Source of the DNA: Candidatus Omnitrophota bacterium
Lineage (GTDB): Bacteria; Omnitrophota; Gorgyraeia; Zapsychrales; Fredricksoniimonadaceae
DNA: 64,000 nucleotides
Assembly (NCBI GenBank): GCA_903944345.1
Contig: CAJARJ010000018.1
Coordinates: 120,581 to 184,580 of the forward strand
Reading direction: 5' to 3'
Part shown: in pieces, positions 16,934 to 27,058 of the stretch
How positions within the stretch are numbered: position 1 is the stretch's first letter
How the letters are laid out: every line of letters begins with the position of its first letter
Translations under genes and position numbers: made by a program
Notes under the pieces: generated by a model
Databases searched by the model: none
Told to the model about the DNA's origin: nothing
The model's input: the letters and a program-made list of their open reading frames with translations, nothing else

Positions 16934-19900
16934 AAAGCAGCCTCCGCTTTCCGGTCAAGCTTGACTGTAGCATGATGAAGAAAACGCAGCGACAGATCAT
17001 CCAGCACCGCATAAATACAGGGTGTCACCAGCAAAGTCAAAAACGTCGAGGAGACAAGCCCCCAGACCAGCGCCATGGCCATCGGGCGAATGAACGGGTC
17101 ACCACCGCCGAAATTGTAGGCAATGGTTGTCAGTCCGGCCACGGTGGTAATGGACGTCATCAGGATCGGGCGCAAGCGCAGTCGCCCGGCTTCAACCAGC
17201 GACTCCATGCGGCTGAGTCCGCGCTGACGCAGCATATTGATAAACTCGATCATGATAATAGAACTGTTAACCACAACCCCCGCCAGGCCGATCATGCCTA
17301 CAAAAGCAAAGAAACTCAATGGCATCCCGTGCAGAAAAAAGGCAATGATCACCCCCATAAACCCGAAAGGAATGGAAAGCATAATGGTAAACGGCTGAAT
17401 AATCGAACCAAAAGAAGCCGCCAGAATAATGAAGATCAAAAACGCCGCCAGCAGGGCGGAAACCCCGAGGTTCATTAGACTTTCCATATTCTCCTGGTGC
17501 TGTCCTCCGAAATACAGCGAATAGCCGGGATTGTCTTTGGAAAGGCTGGCGAACTTCTGCTGAAGAACACGGTTAACGGTTAACGATGTCGCCTTGTCAT
17601 CGTCCACCTGGGCGCTGACATAAACAACCCGCTTGCCGTTATAATGGCCGATGGAGTTAATCCCTTCCTTGTCGACTATTTGGGCCACTGCTGTCAAAGG
17701 CACCAGGTCTCCACGGGTATTCGCCACCAGAATCCGGGAGAAAGCCTCCCGGCCGCTGCGGACATCTTCCGGAAAACGCACCAGAACATCAATCTCCTTG
17801 TCGGCTTTCTCCGGCTTGATCGTGGTGGCCAGCCGGCCATAGAAAGCAGCCCGCACTGAGGAAGCGATCTGCCCGATAGTCAGATAAGCCTGGCGTGCGG
17901 CCTCCTCGTTGATCTGCACTTCAATCTGCTGTTTGCCAAAGTCGAAATCATCGCGCACATCTGAAACTCCCGGCATGACAATCAGTTCAGCTTTCAGCTG
18001 AGCGGCGATACGGTTAATGCCCTCGTACTTCTCACCGCGAACCCCGACCTGCACCGGTTTTCCGGTGGGCGGCCCCATCTGGGGAACATCAATGTAAAGC
18101 TTCTCTAGTTCCGGAATTGTCTGGCGAAGTTTTTCCAGTTCCGGCCGCAGCCGCTCGGCAATCTGTTTTGCGGTGGCCTTACGCTGCTGGAAGGGAGTAA
18201 GAAAAACTTTGATCTGGGCCAGATGCGTTCCGGTACGGGACGAGGAACTTCTGCGCTCACCCTCGACTTCGCCAACCGAGGTAGTAAAATCCTTTATCTC
18301 CTCGCGTGCGTCGCGCAGAAGCAGATCCTCCACCTGTCCGGTCAACGCAAAAATCTTGTCCAGCGAAATCCCTCGCCGAGCCTCGGCCATAACCGTCAGT
18401 TCTTCAACCCCGTCGCTTACAAAAAAGACCACCTTGATAAACCGGGTCACCAGAACACCGGTCAAAATCGTCAACCCGATCAAAGAAAGCATGACCCAAT
18501 ACCGTGCCTCAAGCAGACGGCGAACAACACGGGTATAGTGATCCTGCAGTCCGACAAACCAGCGGCGTTCGGGCCTGACCGCAGCGCCACTTTTCATAAA
18601 CACCGCCAGATGCGCCGGCAGGATAATGAAAGCCTCGAACATTGAGGCAGCAAGGGCAATAATTACAATAATCGGAATGCTAACCACAAATTTTCCGGTC
18701 AAGTCAGTCATTAAAAGCAGCGGGATAAAAGAGGCCCAGGTTGTAACAATACTGGCCACAACTCCCAGGCTGACCTCGCTCGCCCCTTCTCTGACTGCCT
18801 GCAAAATAGGAATCCCCCGCTGGACATAACGATAAACGTTTTCGGTGATCACAATACCGTCGTCCACCAGCATTCCCAGAACAATAATAAAACCGATCAT
18901 GGAAACAACATTGACCGTAATCCCCAAGAGATTCATGGCCGCAAAAGTTATAAAGAGCGCTGTGGGAATCCCCAGCGCGGTCATAACAGCCGGCACCGGC
19001 TCCAAAAAGATAAAAAGCGCTATCAGAACCAGGATGAAACCCATATAAGCATTGCTGGTTAGAACACCCAAACGGCGTTTGACATAGAACGACATATCGT
19101 CCACCAGCTGAACCTGGACATCCTGCCGCAAAAGCTTCTGAAAATCTGACACTGTCTGCTTGATCTCCCCCACAGTTCGCAGAACATCCCTTTTTTCTTT
19201 CTTGAAGATCCTCAGTCCCAGTGCTTCTTTGCCATTAAGCCGAGAACGCGTGACGCGATCCTCAAATGCCGCACGCACCCGCGCGACATCCCTGACCCGA
19301 ACCCAGTTACCGGCATCGTTGGCACGCACAATAACGTCCAGGACTTCCTGGGGTGTATAAAACTCGCCGGTCACACGCACATTGAATTCGTCCTCGGCAT
19401 TACGAACAATACCACCGGGCAAAGTAATATTGCGACTCTGCAGGGCCGCGGCCACCTCATCAAAGGAAACATGCCATTCCTGCATTTTCTGCGGATCAAC
19501 CTCAACCCAAACCTCGCGGTCTCTCCAGCCGATATGTCCGACCCGGGCCACACCGTCAAGATCCAGAAGCAGGTCTTCAAGCTGTTCCGCGTACTCGCGC
19601 AGAACTTCCTCGGGCACATCGCCACCGATATAAATATCCAGAACCGGCATGATCTTGGTTTCCAACTCGGTGACTTGCGGGTCTTCGGCTTCATCCGGCA
19701 GGTTATCGACCCGGTCCACAGCGTTGCGCAAATCGTCCACCACCCGTTTCTTGTCACTGGCCTTGGGATCAATGGTCACCGAAATGGAAGAAACGCTCTC
19801 CACCGAGGAAGAATCGATACGTTTCACACCGGAAACGCCGCGCAGTTCTTCTTCAATAGGAATCGTCAGCAGTTTCTCGACGTCATCTGCGGGAGCTCCG

Positions 19901-20055
19901 GGCATGAGGGTCACGACCGAAACCTCGTCAAACTTGACGTCCGGGAAGACCTCGCGCTGAAGCCGCCACAAAGCAAACACCCCGCCGAGCAGGATAAACA
20001 CCGACAACAGATTCACAAACAATGTGTTCTTGACCGAAAAATCAATCAGATTCAT
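16930..20055 (-). CDS. RND efflux permease (AcrB/AcrD/AcrF family)
   Basis: 1041 aa; REVFP, GMLVDDGIVITEN, RLRPILMTSITT; two TM bundles. Confidence 0.95.
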   Translation of the reverse strand: MNLIDFSVKNTLFVNLLSVFILLGGVFALWRLQREVFPDVKFDEVSVVTLMPGAPADDVEKLLTIPIEEELRGVSGVKRIDSSSVESVSSISVTIDPKASDKKRVVDDLRNAVDRVDNLPDEAEDPQVTELETKIMPVLDIYIGGDVPEEVLREYAEQLEDLLLDLDGVARVGHIGWRDREVWVEVDPQKMQEWHVSFDEVAAALQSRNITLPGGIVRNAEDEFNVRVTGEFYTPQEVLDVIVRANDAGNWVRVRDVARVRAAFEDRVTRSRLNGKEALGLRIFKKEKRDVLRTVGEIKQTVSDFQKLLRQDVQVQLVDDMSFYVKRRLGVLTSNAYMGFILVLIALFIFLEPVPAVMTALGIPTALFITFAAMNLLGITVNVVSMIGFIIVLGMLVDDGIVITENVYRYVQRGIPILQAVREGASEVSLGVVASIVTTWASFIPLLLMTDLTGKFVVSIPIIVIIALAASMFEAFIILPAHLAVFMKSGAAVRPERRWFVGLQDHYTRVVRRLLEARYWVMLSLIGLTILTGVLVTRFIKVVFFVSDGVEELTVMAEARRGISLDKIFALTGQVEDLLLRDAREEIKDFTTSVGEVEGERRSSSSRTGTHLAQIKVFLTPFQQRKATAKQIAERLRPELEKLRQTIPELEKLYIDVPQMGPPTGKPVQVGVRGEKYEGINRIAAQLKAELIVMPGVSDVRDDFDFGKQQIEVQINEEAARQAYLTIGQIASSVRAAFYGRLATTIKPEKADKEIDVLVRFPEDVRSGREAFSRILVANTRGDLVPLTAVAQIVDKEGINSIGHYNGKRVVYVSAQVDDDKATSLTVNRVLQQKFASLSKDNPGYSLYFGGQHQENMESLMNLGVSALLAAFLIFIILAASFGSIIQPFTIMLSIPFGFMGVIIAFFLHGMPLSFFAFVGMIGLAGVVVNSSIIMIEFINMLRQRGLSRMESLVEAGRLRLRPILMTSITTVAGLTTIAYNFGGGDPFIRPMAMALVWGLVSSTFLTLLVTPCIYAVLDDLSLRFLHHATVKLDRKAEAAL

Positions 20056-21503
20056 AACTTCTCCCCGGTGACACCCTGCCAGTATGCGGGCAGGATCGCG
20101 CCTTCTCTCAATTCCAGTTCAACCTGGGCCAGACGAAACCGCAGGGCCGACTGTGCCATTTTAAGCCGGGCCGCCAGAAGATCCTGCTGGTAACGGATAA
20201 TCGTATCAATCGAAGACCGTCCCCGGGCAAATTTCTTTTCTTCCTCGGCCAGCTTCTGGGCCTGCAAATCCGCAGCCTCGGCTTCTGCCCGCGCGGCCTC
20301 AAAATACACCCGGCAGGCGCGAATCTGGTCATGAACTTCCAGGATAATCCGGCGTTCAGCCTGTTTAAGCTGCAACAAAGCCGTTGCTTTTTCCAGACGA
20401 GCGCGCTCCGCCCGGGAACGGGCGGCTGAATTCTGCAAAGGCACCTTCACAGAGAACCCGACAAAAAAATCGTCATTGCTGTTGGCCGCCCCGTCGTCGG
20501 CAGCTTCCGGGAAATCTTCCCCCAGGCCATTGCGCAGCAACGAAGCCTTCAGGTTGACCACCGGCAACATTCCATCCCGGGCCACCACCAAAGACAAATC
20601 CCTGGCTTGCACCGCACGCAAAGCGGATAAATAATCCCGGCGTTCACGGAAAGCCTTCTTAAGCAACTGTGCTTCGGACACCTCAAATTTCTCGGGGAAC
20701 AGCGTATCGGCAGGGCTCATGGCCGGAGCATTATGATCCAGATTCAGGAGAAACTTCAGCACCTGTTCATTGGACTCGGACGCATGCCGGGCCAGAGCCA
20801 GATCGCTGGTCCGCGAGACAAGATGCGCCCGTGCGGCAGCGACATCTCCCGTTTCGGCAAGGCCGGTCCGCAATTTTTCTTTCTGCACCGCATGCAGCCT
20901 GGCGGCCTGGACTTCCAGCGCCCCCTCGATCGATCGCTGTTCCAGGCTAAAGACCCATTGCCAGTACGCCGCGATCACCTCGGCAATTTTCAACTCCACC
21001 TGTCTTGACGCGCCAAGTTCGGCCAGCCCGGTCTCGACTTGCGCCAGAGCAATGCCAGCCCGGTCAGCCCGCCCGAAAAAATTTCGTCCCAGATCCTGAA
21101 CAACCGTCAGGCCGTAAACCTGCTCATGATTCAGCCCGTTAAGGTCGCTCCACAAACGGTTGGACGATACGCCCATATCCAGGCTGGTTCCGCTGGAGAG
21201 TTTCTTTTGCGCCTCCAGGGAATATTCGTGATCACGATTATCCAGTGCCGAGGATGAAGACAACTTGCGGCTGTCATTCGAGCGATAGCCGGCGTCCGCC
21301 GTAAGATAGGCATCCAGTACCGAACGCGCCTGCCCCTCGCCGGTGGCGGCAATGCGCTGTGAATAGAGCGCCAGCTGCACATCCAGGCTGTTGCGCGCGG
21401 CAAGGCGGCCGATATCGGCTGCTGTCAGTACAACCGGATCTGCCCCGGCCCGGCCACATACCAGCAACACAAGCAATCCCGACAAGAATAATCCGCGTTT
21501 CAT
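20052..21503 (-). CDS. TolC-family outer membrane factor
   Basis: Signal peptide, two OEP-like helical repeats (EEKKFARGRSS); 4-nt overlap with the RND gene. Confidence 0.88.
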   Translation of the reverse strand: MKRGLFLSGLLVLLVCGRAGADPVVLTAADIGRLAARNSLDVQLALYSQRIAATGEGQARSVLDAYLTADAGYRSNDSRKLSSSSALDNRDHEYSLEAQKKLSSGTSLDMGVSSNRLWSDLNGLNHEQVYGLTVVQDLGRNFFGRADRAGIALAQVETGLAELGASRQVELKIAEVIAAYWQWVFSLEQRSIEGALEVQAARLHAVQKEKLRTGLAETGDVAAARAHLVSRTSDLALARHASESNEQVLKFLLNLDHNAPAMSPADTLFPEKFEVSEAQLLKKAFRERRDYLSALRAVQARDLSLVVARDGMLPVVNLKASLLRNGLGEDFPEAADDGAANSNDDFFVGFSVKVPLQNSAARSRAERARLEKATALLQLKQAERRIILEVHDQIRACRVYFEAARAEAEAADLQAQKLAEEEKKFARGRSSIDTIIRYQQDLLAARLKMAQSALRFRLAQVELELREGAILPAYWQGVTGEKL

Positions 21504-21617
21504 AACACCTCTTGACTGTTAGACCCTGACCCACAAAGAATGATGGAATGAATAGATATTCTAATCCCGGAACCCTGCTTAGACAAAGCATTTCCTGACC
21601 AAAGGAATTGCGCCAAT

Positions 21618-21664
21618 AAAAAAAACGAGAGCTGCGAATGTCAGTCAGACATCGGCAGCTCTCG
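21618..21664 (-). terminator. Intrinsic terminator
   Basis: CGAGAGCTGC...GCAGCTCTCG stem followed by T8 on the minus strand. Confidence 0.85.
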
Positions 21665-21684
21665 ACAAATAAAACCAACAATTC

Positions 21685-22527
21685 TTACTTGACCGGGCAC
21701 ATCTCCGATCCGGCAGGAAGATTCTTGATAACCTGCTGGAGAATTTTTCCGCCCTGGACGCCCTTGTCGGTCTTGACCAGAGTGTCGTAATAGAATATCC
21801 CGTTATAGAAAGAGAAATCAAAACCGCTCCAGGCCACCGGCTTTTGCCAGACGGTTGTTCCATCTCTTTTGAAGAAATAGAGAATGCCGTCGCTGGAATC
21901 AGGATTCGAACCGCGGCCGGAATGCCAGGCGAAATAACCGCCCTTGGTCGACCGAATGCTGACATTGGTACCGACTCCCGGAGCCTGGAAGGACTTGACG
22001 AATGTACCACTGCGGGTCAATTCATAAACAGTGTTGTTCCCGTTGTAAACGGTGACCAGAAGATGATTCGTACAGCCGTCGTAATCAATGTGCACCGGAG
22101 AAGAAATAACCTGTCCGTTGGCATCTCTTAAAAGCCAGGACTGAACCACTTCCCCGCTCTGGATGTTGATCTCATAAACGGTGTTGTCCCAGTAACCGGT
22201 AGTCCAGACACTTTTGTTGTCGCTGGCGGCACCCATTCCCCAGAAGGTGTACTGATAATCATAAGGCGACCACACGCCGCGAACATAACGCTCCAGAGTT
22301 CCGTCATAAGAACGAATGATCAGGGATTTGTTGGCACCCATCGCTGCAATAAAATAGTTTTTGGTAAAAGCCAGCCCGCGATACAGAGTATCATCATAGC
22401 CGACGGTGCTTGTTTTGAAATTGGTCTTGAAAATAGCCGGGGCCGTCTGTGCCGCTGCCGGTCTGGGCAGGAACGATGCCAGAAGCACCCCCGTTACAAG
22501 AGCCGATACAAACAATTTTCTAACCAT
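21685..22527 (-). CDS. Secreted hypothetical protein, probable beta-propeller
   Basis: RBS AAGGAG, AxA signal peptide; repeated blades GLAF..., NTVYEINIQSGEVVQSW, NTVYELTRSGTFVKSF. Confidence 0.7.
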   Translation of the reverse strand: MVRKLFVSALVTGVLLASFLPRPAAAQTAPAIFKTNFKTSTVGYDDTLYRGLAFTKNYFIAAMGANKSLIIRSYDGTLERYVRGVWSPYDYQYTFWGMGAASDNKSVWTTGYWDNTVYEINIQSGEVVQSWLLRDANGQVISSPVHIDYDGCTNHLLVTVYNGNNTVYELTRSGTFVKSFQAPGVGTNVSIRSTKGGYFAWHSGRGSNPDSSDGILYFFKRDGTTVWQKPVAWSGFDFSFYNGIFYYDTLVKTDKGVQGGKILQQVIKNLPAGSEMCPVK

Positions 22528-22570
22528 ACTTTCTCCTTGATTGTTGTTTTTATTCCTTATCCATTGCGCC

Positions 22571-22598
22571 ATCTTAGCATTCGGAGCAAAACTGTCAA
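22571..22598 (-). promoter_or_regulatory. Sigma70 promoter
   Basis: TTGACA, 16 nt spacer, TAAGAT with extended TGn. Confidence 0.55.
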
Positions 22599-22632
22599 TC
22601 TGCCTGTTATACCATGAAAAGATTCGGCAGAA

Positions 22633-23013
22633 TCAGGAGTGAGCTTTGACCTTAAAGCCCTGGCTGGCCAGAAATTGCGCTGCTTTCTGCAGATGAGATC
22701 CCTGGATCTCGATCGTTCCCAGACCATCCTCGATATAAATGGTTCCTCCGCTTCCGAGAGAACTTTTAAGCTGACGAGCCAGTTCTTCAAGTTGCCCGGA
22801 TTCAGAGGGAAGGCCGGAAACCAGAGTAACAACCTTGCCCTGACGACCTTTTTTGTCCAGACGAACGCGCACAAAGAAATAAGTATGCGCGGTCGCAGAG
22901 GTCGGTTTTTCAATAGCCGGACAATCACAGGCAGCTGTCGTCTTGCGGCAACGGGGGCAAAGCAAAGCCCCCTGATCGTCACGGGGAAAGAATGAATCGG
23001 GAATATGAATCAC
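22633..23013 (-). CDS. yciH: Translation initiation factor SUI1/YciH family
   Basis: CPRC...CDC, VRLDKKGRQGKVVTLVSG, LKSSLGSGGT, IEIQG. Confidence 0.85.
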   Translation of the reverse strand: MIHIPDSFFPRDDQGALLCPRCRKTTAACDCPAIEKPTSATAHTYFFVRVRLDKKGRQGKVVTLVSGLPSESGQLEELARQLKSSLGSGGTIYIEDGLGTIEIQGSHLQKAAQFLASQGFKVKAHS

Positions 23014-23924
23014 GCCTGCGTTCCTTTATGAAGAGGGTTTGCACGCGCTGGCTCAATATGCACAATCACATCCGTCACTTCCGTAATCTGCAGCCTGATA
23101 GCACGCTCGATCTCATGCCCGATCTGATGCGCCTTGTCCAGACTCAGATCCGCAGACATTTGCACATGCAAGTCCAGATGGATATCGTCGCCGCGCCCGC
23201 GGGAACGGATCTTGTGGCAGGAACAAACCCCTGGCACCGCCAGCACGATCTTTTCGATCCGGCTGATATCCTTGATAACAGCCTCATCACACAACACCCG
23301 GGCACTGTCAAAAATAATCTCGTAAGCAGCATGGCCGATAAAAAGTGAAATCAGGAGCGTTGTCAATGCATCCAGAACAGGCCAACCCAGACGAACAGCG
23401 AACAAGGAGACAATAACCGACAGCGACGTAAAAATATCCGCGCGGGTATGCATGGCGTCCGAAAGCAATAAATCACTGTGCAAAGCCAGCCCTTTGCGGC
23501 GTTCGTACCACATCACCGCCACGTTGACCAGAAGCGTGCCAATCATGACCGCGAAACTCAGCCAGGAAACCGTGGGGACAACCGGATGGAAAAGGCGCTC
23601 AACGCCTTCCTGAATCAGCTCCACACATACCAGCCCCAGCAAAAAAGCAATCCCGAGAGAAAAGAACGTTTCAAATTTCTTATGCCCGTAAGGATGCCCC
23701 TCGTCTTTGGGGCGGGAGGCAAAGAAAATCCCCGCCAGGCCAATAATATTCGAAACACCGTCGGAAAAAGAATGCAACCCGTCCGCCGTCATACTGGCCG
23801 AACGGCTGATGATCCCCAACGCAACCTTGGCCAGGGCCACCAGCCAGTTCAGAAACAAAACCAGTAAAAGCACGCGGCGCACTTCTGCGTAACGATCAGA
23901 GACTTGCTTACTGCAATCTGCCAT
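23010..23924 (-). CDS. Cation diffusion facilitator (FieF-like)
   Basis: ADGLHSFSD, HPYGHKKFE, DAMHTRAD, C-terminal DVIVHIEP. Confidence 0.93.
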   Translation of the reverse strand: MADCSKQVSDRYAEVRRVLLLVLFLNWLVALAKVALGIISRSASMTADGLHSFSDGVSNIIGLAGIFFASRPKDEGHPYGHKKFETFFSLGIAFLLGLVCVELIQEGVERLFHPVVPTVSWLSFAVMIGTLLVNVAVMWYERRKGLALHSDLLLSDAMHTRADIFTSLSVIVSLFAVRLGWPVLDALTTLLISLFIGHAAYEIIFDSARVLCDEAVIKDISRIEKIVLAVPGVCSCHKIRSRGRGDDIHLDLHVQMSADLSLDKAHQIGHEIERAIRLQITEVTDVIVHIEPARANPLHKGTQA

Positions 23925-23925
23925 G

Positions 23926-24495
23926 CTACCTCCACAAGGAGAACATCTGCTTGCCCTGGGTTGAAGGGAAGACCCCTTCATTGACATGCCGGACATTCTC
24001 TATTGTATAAAAGACCCGCGGCGAAACTTCCTCGACCAGCCGCACCACATCCCGGACATTGCTTCTGGCCACAACCGTATAAAGAATGTTGACCGGCCCC
24101 TTGGCTCCCTGCGCCGGATGAGCCGTTACTCCGTAACCCTTGTCCTTGAGGACTTTCATCAGGTCGCTACCGTCAAGAGGAGTTATAATTCTGATCATCA
24201 GCGCCCCTATCCCGACACGCTCTTCTATCCAGACGCCTGCATAATTCCCGCAGGCGAAACCGGCGGCGTAAGCAACAAAACACAACGGATTGGGCAAATT
24301 AACGATCACCTGGCGCGCAACCGCCAGCCAAATAACAACTTCGAAAAAACCAATCACCGCCGCAAACAGACGCCGCCCCTGCCCGATCATGATAATGCGC
24401 ATGGTATCCAGCGACATATCACAAATACGGGCCAGGAAAATGACTAACGGCAGAACGCCCCACAAATACAAGGACGACTCAAAGAATGACTGCAT
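23926..24495 (-). CDS. DUF5698/DUF2179 membrane protein (UPF0316-like)
   Basis: IFLARICDMSLDTMR, GFFEVVIW, YAAGFACGNYAG, GYGVT..AQG. Confidence 0.85.
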   Translation of the reverse strand: MQSFFESSLYLWGVLPLVIFLARICDMSLDTMRIIMIGQGRRLFAAVIGFFEVVIWLAVARQVIVNLPNPLCFVAYAAGFACGNYAGVWIEERVGIGALMIRIITPLDGSDLMKVLKDKGYGVTAHPAQGAKGPVNILYTVVARSNVRDVVRLVEEVSPRVFYTIENVRHVNEGVFPSTQGKQMFSLWR

Positions 24496-24508
24496 ACCTG
24501 ACTCCGGA

Positions 24509-24979
24509 TTATTTCGCTGTCCCGAAAGAGCCAAGCAGATTTTTTACCCCGGTGGCCGTCTGCTGGACATCCGCCCCCACCTTGGAAACCTGCGCAGCCT
24601 GGTCGGCCTTGTCCTTGGCCATTTTGAGCAAGGCGGCTTTGGCATCCGCAACGATTTTCTTGGCATCGACGGACTTGGAATTCAAAGTCGCGATCACGTA
24701 ACTGCCAAGATCAATCGCCGGCTGATAATTCCCCGCAGCCAGATATTCTTTGGCTTTGGTGACAAGAAAATTTTCCTGTTTGGCCGGAGTGCCCAAAGCC
24801 TTGGCCTGCTCGACCGCCTGCTGGGCCTGTGGCGTCAGCGACTGTACGGCAACCTGGGCTGCCGAATTAAGCACCGAACCCCAGGAGGACTGTCCGGCGG
24901 CTGAAATCCCGGCGAACCCCGCCGTCATCCCTGCGGCCAAAATAAATGCAACACCAACTTTTCTTGAACCTGACTGCAT
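24509..24979 (-). CDS. Secreted Ala/Lys/Gln-rich helical hypothetical protein
   Basis: RBS GGAGG, signal peptide, TPR-like AKEYLAAGNYQPAI. Confidence 0.7.
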   Translation of the reverse strand: MQSGSRKVGVAFILAAGMTAGFAGISAAGQSSWGSVLNSAAQVAVQSLTPQAQQAVEQAKALGTPAKQENFLVTKAKEYLAAGNYQPAIDLGSYVIATLNSKSVDAKKIVADAKAALLKMAKDKADQAAQVSKVGADVQQTATGVKNLLGSFGTAK

Positions 24980-25012
24980 AAACAACCTCCCTGATATTAA
25001 ATTAACCTTGTT

Positions 25013-25588
25013 TTACGCGTGAAGCTTCTTTAGCAACCAGGCCATGTTCTCGCCCAGCACTTTCATGGTGCGCAACCCTTCCTCGTCTTTAAGCACATCG
25101 CCGGGTTCGCGGCCCATCGCAAAATTCCAGTAGGAAGAACTGGCCACCACCATCTCGCTGATCATAAAAAAATGATTCATGGTGTCGAACGCATGAATAG
25201 CCCCACCCCGGCGCACCGCCATGACCGCGGCCCCGACCTTGCGGCGGAACAGCCCGCCGTTGGCCCGGCCGACCAGACAGGCGCGATCCATCAAGGCCTT
25301 CATCTCCGAGGAAACATCAGCGACATACACCGGAGACCCCAGAATTATCCCGTCAGCCTGAACCATTTTATCGATACACTCCTGCGCAGGATCGCCCTCA
25401 ATAATACAACGCCCGTTCTTGTTACGACTGCAGGCGTAACAGGCCTGGCAACCGCGCACCGGACGACCAGACAGCTGGATCATTTCGCATTCAATCTTTT
25501 CCCGGCGCAACTCATCAAAGACTTTTTCAATCAATAGCGCCGTATTGCCGTCCTTGCGCGCACTGCCGTTAATGCCGATCACTTTCAT
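25013..25588 (-). CDS. Iron-sulfur flavoprotein / NADPH-dependent FMN reductase family
   Basis: INGSARKDGNT, CQACYAC...C, GSPVY, RRGG. Confidence 0.92.
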   Translation of the reverse strand: MKVIGINGSARKDGNTALLIEKVFDELRREKIECEMIQLSGRPVRGCQACYACSRNKNGRCIIEGDPAQECIDKMVQADGIILGSPVYVADVSSEMKALMDRACLVGRANGGLFRRKVGAAVMAVRRGGAIHAFDTMNHFFMISEMVVASSSYWNFAMGREPGDVLKDEEGLRTMKVLGENMAWLLKKLHA

Positions 25589-25618
25589 AAGCCCCCCTAT
25601 TATACACCTCCACCCCCG

Positions 25619-26290
25619 CTAACAGCGGTCGGAAGTCAACAAATGCCCCGGAAGAAGCGAGCGCAGTTTTAAAAGCCTTTCGATATTCTCCTGTATCCGC
25701 CCGGAAGGAACCGGATGGAAGAACAGCAGCGCCAATGTATTGCGGTCGATCTCAATATGCAGATCACGATTCTGCATCAACCATTCGATCAACGGAAAAG
25801 AACACATATCAAAAGCAAAAATCTTGTTCTTGGAGCGTACACAAAAAGCATCCGAGAACTCTTTTGACGGAAAATCGATATCGTCATACCCCAGCGTCTG
25901 TGCAACCTTGGACAAGACCCCTTCAGGCGCGATCACCAGCTCGGGAAGGTTGACCGGCAAGGCAAGCGACAAAACCGTCAAATGATAATGCTGCGTCCGG
26001 GAGCGCCTGCTATAAGAACGAATCTGGTAATGATAATCAAAAAGGGTCAATTCGTGTCCGTGGTAATCCCCGCTGATCACATTGTAAGCATAACGGTTCT
26101 CGCCCTTGTTCAGCGGATTCAGGCAGGCGAAACGCCCGCCGGTAATGTGATCTCTGTCCGGAGAAAACCTGAGTCCGAGAGATCCGGCCAGCCCGGCCAG
26201 CTCGGCCCGGCGCTTTTCTTCCATCTTGTAATTGTATATCATCAGCCCGATACCCAGAACCAGAACCAGAAAGAAAAGAAAGAATGCCAT
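25619..26290 (-). CDS. Membrane-anchored hypothetical protein
   Basis: N-terminal TM helix; GYDDIDF..EFSDAFCVRS motif. Confidence 0.7.
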   Translation of the reverse strand: MAFFLFFLVLVLGIGLMIYNYKMEEKRRAELAGLAGSLGLRFSPDRDHITGGRFACLNPLNKGENRYAYNVISGDYHGHELTLFDYHYQIRSYSRRSRTQHYHLTVLSLALPVNLPELVIAPEGVLSKVAQTLGYDDIDFPSKEFSDAFCVRSKNKIFAFDMCSFPLIEWLMQNRDLHIEIDRNTLALLFFHPVPSGRIQENIERLLKLRSLLPGHLLTSDRC

Positions 26291-26314
26291 CGCCCCCTCC
26301 TTGTCCGATAACAG

Positions 26315-27058
26315 TTAACCGATTTGACGCGCCTGCAAATAGTCAGCAATCACCCGGTTATGATCAAAAGCAAAAGACATCCCCGGCAACTGGCCAAACG
26401 GCACAATCTTCAGCCCCTTGGCGTCATCCCCCGCCCGGGGCTCTCCCCGTCCTTTGGCCGTAAACACGGTTGTCACTGTATGAAACCGCGGATCGCGGGC
26501 AGGATCCGAATAAGTATGAAATTGTTTGAGATCTTCCAGCTCGAGATTGGTCTCTTCTTTGGCTTCCCGGCGAGCCGCTGTTTCCAGAGCTTCACCGTTA
26601 TCCACAAAACCACCGGGCAATGCCCAGCCAAAAGGCGGATTGGTCCGTTCGATCAGGACAATGCCGTCGCCGATTTCGATAATAATATCGGTCGTAATAT
26701 ACGGCCCCCAGGCCATGTCCTCAGTCACATGGCGCAGATACCCGAAAACCTGTTTCTCGAAAATCCGGAAATACTCGTCGTTATCCAGACAGACAAGAAT
26801 CTGCTGCAACGAGCCGCGCCCTTCGCGGGCAGCCCGGAGAATCTCCTGCGAAACAATCTTGGCACTGCCCACAACCGGAAACCCTCCCGCACAGCCGACA
26901 GCGGGCACACTCACCGAACTTTCGCCCCGGCTGGACGCTTCGCTGATAATCTCTGCGCACGCCCGGCGGACGGTATGCTCGTTGACCTCTCCTGAAAGCG
27001 CCGGCAGACCAGCGCAGTCGCCGCGAAGAACACTAACAGCAATATTTCTGATTTTCAT
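26315..27058 (-). CDS. Nudix hydrolase with truncated N-terminal macro-like domain
   Basis: Nudix box GGFVDNGEALETAARREAKEETNL, YSDPARDPR, AFDH; N-terminal SVSVPAVGCAGGFP. Confidence 0.88.
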   Translation of the reverse strand: MKIRNIAVSVLRGDCAGLPALSGEVNEHTVRRACAEIISEASSRGESSVSVPAVGCAGGFPVVGSAKIVSQEILRAAREGRGSLQQILVCLDNDEYFRIFEKQVFGYLRHVTEDMAWGPYITTDIIIEIGDGIVLIERTNPPFGWALPGGFVDNGEALETAARREAKEETNLELEDLKQFHTYSDPARDPRFHTVTTVFTAKGRGEPRAGDDAKGLKIVPFGQLPGMSFAFDHNRVIADYLQARQIG

